Virus record (IMG/VR): IMGVR_UViG_3300007094_000034
Coordinates: 1 to 26,561 of that record
From: a virus
Lineage: Duplodnaviria; Caudoviricetes
Length of the DNA stretch: 26,561 nucleotides
Direction: 5' to 3' (one strand)
The notes under the pieces are model-generated. The model saw only the letters and a program-made list of their open reading frames with translations. It ran no database searches and was not told the origin of the DNA. Each line of letters starts with the position of its first letter. Within the stretch, counting starts at the first letter, position 1. Shown here piece after piece: positions 23,034 through 26,561 of this stretch. The position numbers were made by a program, and so were the translations under genes.

Positions 23034-23701
23034 TTCTTATTATCCTTTGATTTTAATTGTATTTTTCCAGTATTATCAATTATAGCATATGTAATCGGTA
23101 AATCACATTGAGAACCTAAATTCACACATTCTATACCACCTATATGCTCATGTTTTGGAACGTGTGTATGTCCAAAACAAACTGCATCATATTTACCATT
23201 ATAACAATATTGTGCTATTTTAATTGTTAAATTATGTGCTGCATCGTGCCATGTTTTTACTTTTTGTTTTAGCTTTCTAGTATACTTTTGTTTCTTATCG
23301 ATTTTCTGAAAAACATAATATACAGCACTTGCTAGTTCAGTTAACACAGGTTTAGTTGCTATAAAAATATCCCACTTGTCACCATGAACGAACAAGATTT
23401 TTTTGTTGTTTATGGTGACATCATATTCTTCTTTGAAATCTAACCCCATTAAAGATGAAATCATTTCTAAATCTTTGTCGTGATTACCTTTAATGAAAAT
23501 ACATTGTTTGTTTTTGGATATCTTTCTCAATGTAGAAAGTATTTTCCATTGCTTCTTGCATAAGCGATGAATGTGATAACTGTCCAACAAATCTCCACAA
23601 ATAATCAGCTTATCATACTTTTCTTTTTCTAAAATTTCTAAAGTTAAATCTGCTTGACAGATTGGACTGCCTAAATGAATGTCGGATAAACAAAGAATCA
23701 T
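23030..23701 (-). CDS. calcineurin-like metallophosphoesterase (UDP-2,3-diacylglucosamine hydrolase/LpxH-like)
   Basis: SDIHLG, GDLLD, GNHD, HGD, GHTH and NLGS motifs. Confidence 0.85.
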   Translation of the reverse strand: MILCLSDIHLGSPICQADLTLEILEKEKYDKLIICGDLLDSYHIHRLCKKQWKILSTLRKISKNKQCIFIKGNHDKDLEMISSLMGLDFKEEYDVTINNKKILFVHGDKWDIFIATKPVLTELASAVYYVFQKIDKKQKYTRKLKQKVKTWHDAAHNLTIKIAQYCYNGKYDAVCFGHTHVPKHEHIGGIECVNLGSQCDLPITYAIIDNTGKIQLKSKDNKK

Positions 23702-24090
23702 ATCAATTCTGGATTTTCAAATTTATTTCCAATTACTTTTACTTTCCAATTATAAATTTCTTTAGAAAGATCGTGTAACCATATATAAGCCAACGTACCT
23801 TCTGAATCAGATGATTTAGCCATAACTAAAAAAGCTGTATCCGCATATGATATAATTGCAGTATATTTTTTAGTATCTTTATTCGTTAGAGGTCTTTCAA
23901 ATTCTATAATATCTCCCTCCCAAATTTCTTTTTGATGATTGTCTAACATACCAGTGTATTGGGACGGGATAAGCATATCATCCTGATCGAATAATTCATC
24001 AACAAGTCCATTGTACTTGTATCGTTGCACAAAAGCTTTACCTGGCGGGTTCCAGAATCTAAATTTGTTTTTAGTAGTCATAACTACCAA
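23698..24090 (-). CDS. YopX family protein
   Basis: KFRFW...QYTGMLDNHQKEIWEGDII...VIGNKFENPELI. Confidence 0.85.
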   Translation of the reverse strand: MVVMTTKNKFRFWNPPGKAFVQRYKYNGLVDELFDQDDMLIPSQYTGMLDNHQKEIWEGDIIEFERPLTNKDTKKYTAIISYADTAFLVMAKSSDSEGTLAYIWLHDLSKEIYNWKVKVIGNKFENPELI

Positions 24091-24365
24091 CTTTCGTCAT
24101 CTTGTTGTTTGTAGCTTTTATACTCGTGAATTTCGCGTTCTAAAATACCTTTCAACCCTGTTAATGCTTCTTCATACGTATTAAACTCTTGTTCTATATC
24201 ACTAGCTAGATACCCCCAATGTTGGACTGTGTATTTTGGAGAGTAGCCATATGACCATTTTACTTCAATATACCAGTGACAGTCTCGGTCTTTATGATGA
24301 TCTTTCCCTATTAAAAAATACCATTCATCAGTCAATTTTGTAATTTCTTCAATTACTTCATTCAT
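24084..24365 (-). CDS. phage hypothetical protein (HHKDRDCHW-type)
   Basis: HHKDRDCHWYI motif; packed ORF. Confidence 0.78.
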   Translation of the reverse strand: MNEVIEEITKLTDEWYFLIGKDHHKDRDCHWYIEVKWSYGYSPKYTVQHWGYLASDIEQEFNTYEEALTGLKGILEREIHEYKSYKQQDDESW

Positions 24366-24550
24366 TGCTTTGAATTCACTAAACCTTGTATCTGCTCTAA
24401 AGAAAGAGGTGTACTACTTGTCTTTACTGCTTCAATTACTTGCTTTCTGTTTAGATAAAGTAAATAAGACTCCCAAGAGGAAGTTAACATTATCATTGCT
24501 AAAACAGCAAGTAATAAAAAATACAACATGTTAAAATCTTTGTTATTCAT
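24362..24550 (-). CDS. small membrane protein (62 aa)
   Basis: N-terminal hydrophobic segment; overlaps both neighbours. Confidence 0.65.
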   Translation of the reverse strand: MNNKDFNMLYFLLLAVLAMIMLTSSWESYLLYLNRKQVIEAVKTSSTPLSLEQIQGLVNSKQ

Positions 24551-24743
24551 AAAAATCTAATCTAAATTTAAATACTTGTTCATCGTAATTAACCAAATAC
24601 AAATACCACTTGGTTACCCCATCTTCTTCTACGCTTTTTGTGTAAGTATTAACAATATTAAAGCTTGGCTGTTTAGGTTCTTCAGCTACAACGATAGGCG
24701 AAACTACAGGCGCTACTCTAACTTGGTGAATTTTATTGTTCAT
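24543..24743 (-). CDS. hypothetical protein (66 aa)
   Basis: Packed ORF. Confidence 0.68.
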   Translation of the reverse strand: MNNKIHQVRVAPVVSPIVVAEEPKQPSFNIVNTYTKSVEEDGVTKWYLYLVNYDEQVFKFRLDFYE

Positions 24744-25179
24744 GTTTTTGGAGAGTTTGTAATAAAGGGTTTACAATATCCCATATTACATCTTTAGATG
24801 TTACCCCTTTAACATTTGATAGATCTTGCAATAAATCAGTATCAATTTGCCCTTTTAGCATGTCGCCTGTTTCTTTATCTGTAATAGATATTACAATATT
24901 ATAATTTTTTTTAGTAGAAGGATCTATTTTTTGAGAATGGTTTTTACTTTTTCTTTTAAAAGAGTCTAAATTAAAATGATACTTAGCTATTGTATACAAA
25001 GAGCTTGTCTGCATAGCTGATCCGCACTGCACAGTGTATTTTTTTAAAGAATCGACATCTCCTTTATCTATATAATTTTTATATAGATTTCTCATTTGCC
25101 TAGTTTGATTTTTGGTTTCTTTACCTAAAAAAGCTACAAACGAAACTGCGTCGTTACCCCATTTTTTAAAAAGCTTCAT
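24733..25179 (-). CDS. hypothetical protein (148 aa)
   Basis: Packed ORF. Confidence 0.72.
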   Translation of the reverse strand: MKLFKKWGNDAVSFVAFLGKETKNQTRQMRNLYKNYIDKGDVDSLKKYTVQCGSAMQTSSLYTIAKYHFNLDSFKRKSKNHSQKIDPSTKKNYNIVISITDKETGDMLKGQIDTDLLQDLSNVKGVTSKDVIWDIVNPLLQTLQKHEQ

Positions 25180-25191
25180 AAGTGAGACGTA

Positions 25192-25632
25192 TTAGTCTTT
25201 AATTTCTTTAAGGTCGCTTTTAAATGTAATTGTATCTAATTCTGAAGAAACTTGTTCGCTATTATCATACGGACTAGGAAACGCAGTTTCTAGATCAGCT
25301 TCGTATGAACTCATATGAAGCATAGGGCTAAATTCACCAAAATCAGTAGAGAGGAACGTTTCAGCGGAATTGTACATTGTATCATGCTTTTGAACAAAAT
25401 CACTATAGGTCTTTTTATAATCTTGTAAATAGTGCTCAAAGTCATCGTATTTATCTTCTTCAGTAGTATTGAAAATATAATCAAATAACCAATCTTCTCC
25501 TTCTTTGTTTATACCGAGTTTAGAAACAAGGTTTTCAAAGTATGTAGTTTGTACGGTTTGAAGTTCGTTTATAAAATTCTTAATTTTGGAGATTGCGTCT
25601 TCGGGATGCATATTATCGAATGTATAGTTCAT
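25192..25632 (-). CDS. acidic hypothetical protein (146 aa)
   Basis: ORF with TTGTAA-N16-TACAAT ending 7 nt upstream of the ATG. Confidence 0.75.
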   Translation of the reverse strand: MNYTFDNMHPEDAISKIKNFINELQTVQTTYFENLVSKLGINKEGEDWLFDYIFNTTEEDKYDDFEHYLQDYKKTYSDFVQKHDTMYNSAETFLSTDFGEFSPMLHMSSYEADLETAFPSPYDNSEQVSSELDTITFKSDLKEIKD

Positions 25633-25686
25633 ATATATTATTGTATGTAATAATTTTAATTTTACAACGTTATTGTTAGAAATATT

Positions 25687-26040
25687 TTATTCACTTGTGT
25701 AGTATTTTAATATTAATCTGTCTTTGTAAATAAAACCGGTTCTACCACTCTCTGTATTTACTTTAAACCAATTACCTATTTTATCTGTTATTTCGAGATT
25801 AGTATCGTTTAGAATTTTAGCGATAACAGGGGATGTTATATCTGGTTTCTCTCTCAAAAAGACCCAGCCATCCTTATCATTAACAATACCATATTCTTTT
25901 TTTATTTTTTTAGAACTATTTGAGACGTCCTTATAAAGCTCTTGATGTACGAAATAAAGCTTGTCATACAGCCCTACCCCAGCTGTTATAAGAGCAGCAA
26001 TACCTGTTAAAATTGTACCTACATACTGCCAGTTTTTCAT
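25687..26040 (-). CDS. membrane-anchored bacterial SH3 (SH3b) domain protein
   Basis: N-terminal TM segment, then VNDKDGWVFLREKP..S.VIAKI...NWFKV...GRTGFI. Confidence 0.82.
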   Translation of the reverse strand: MKNWQYVGTILTGIAALITAGVGLYDKLYFVHQELYKDVSNSSKKIKKEYGIVNDKDGWVFLREKPDITSPVIAKILNDTNLEITDKIGNWFKVNTESGRTGFIYKDRLILKYYTSE

Positions 26041-26286
26041 TTATACGTTTTTACCTCTGTATTGCTGTAGTTCTTTTTCTAATTCTTGGTTTAACATACC
26101 CACTGGTTCACAAGCGTAACAACAGCCTTGAAAACCGGCAATATAACTTTCCTTTTGTTTTGCTAACAAAATTCGACCATATCTTTTTATAGCTTCCTTA
26201 GCGTATTCATCGAGACACTCAAGACAACCGTCCGCGGATAAACCGCTCTCGTAGAAAGCATATTCTTCAATTTGCTCTTGAGTCAT
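26041..26286 (-). CDS. hypothetical protein (81 aa)
   Basis: Packed ORF; SGLSADGC and CYACEPVG. Confidence 0.7.
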   Translation of the reverse strand: MTQEQIEEYAFYESGLSADGCLECLDEYAKEAIKRYGRILLAKQKESYIAGFQGCCYACEPVGMLNQELEKELQQYRGKNV

Positions 26287-26291
26287 ATTAC

Positions 26292-26561
26292 TTAAACACT
26301 AGAACCTTTTTTATCTTTTTCTTTCCAGTATGCTTCGGTTGATTCTTTACAAGCTACATAACCATCTTTTCTGGCTTGTTCGTAAGACAGAGTTCTATAC
26401 CACCCACCTCTCTTACAAGGTTCACCGTGTTCACCAGTTACTTCACAAGTGTATGCAGATTTTCTTTCTGCATCATCAATAATATTATCAATAATGTCTC
26501 TTTGTATATCATCTGCGCCGTAAATACTTGTATAGAAGGATAGAGTACCGAACTTTTCTTT
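26292..26561 (-). CDS. partial phage hypothetical protein (KEKFG.L.FY...TCE type), 5' end outside window
   Basis: Manual translation KEKFGTLSFY...AERKSAYTCEVTG...GWYRTL...KGSSV*. Confidence 0.75.
   Translation of the reverse strand, partial: KEKFGTLSFYTSIYGADDIQRDIIDNIIDDAERKSAYTCEVTGEHGEPCKRGGWYRTLSYEQARKDGYVACKESTEAYWKEKDKKGSSV

Noticed and set aside
13307-24797. Plus-strand ORFs in the right half (for example 13307, 14741, 16354, 19562, 20486, 21718, 22542, 24576)
   Set aside because: Antisense to coupled minus-strand genes with recognisable motifs; their composition is typical of shadow ORFs.
1-26561. Stop-codon reassignment (TAG or TGA), as seen in some large phages
   Set aside because: Recognisable genes are full length in the standard code, TAG and TGA both end genes at tight junctions, and there is no suppressor tRNA.
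1-26561. CRISPR array or long tandem/direct repeats
   Set aside because: No regularly spaced repeats seen by eye; only homopolymer tracts and shared tRNA T-loop sequences.

Overview
AT-rich, densely coding fragment of a large lytic bacteriophage genome (T4-like/jumbo-phage organisation). The standard genetic code fits, and I found no integrase, CRISPR array or structural gene module. The left half (1-13290) has mixed orientation. It holds a glycan module (SAM methyltransferase, glycosyltransferase-like protein, rmlC), thyX, a D-Ala-D-Ala-ligase-like ATP-grasp protein, and many small genes behind T4-type TAAATA late-promoter motifs whose products share a capsid-targeting-like N-terminus. It also holds a tRNA cluster (9493-12711): Ser(ACU), Leu(UAA) split by a 201-nt group I intron, Ile2/Met(CAU) beside tilS, Tyr, an atypical Met(CAU), Thr, Asn with a long variable arm, and Glu. 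An antisense HNH endonuclease in the cluster abuts an orphan tRNA-Gln-like 3' half. The right half (13285-26561) is a tightly packed minus-strand block: Rnl1-like RNA ligase, BCS1-like AAA ATPase, M14 peptidase, CX5R phosphatase, three YopX proteins, a methyltransferase, a type IV pilin-like protein reminiscent of Verrucomicrobia proteins (host hint, inference only), an LpxH-like phosphoesterase, an SH3b protein and hypotheticals. The most notable observations are the A34 tRNA-Ser(ACU), the tiny tRNA group I intron with a free-standing HNH nearby, the putative virion-packaged cargo family that includes enzymes, and the phage-encoded pilin. All calls come from manual motif recognition; no searches were run.
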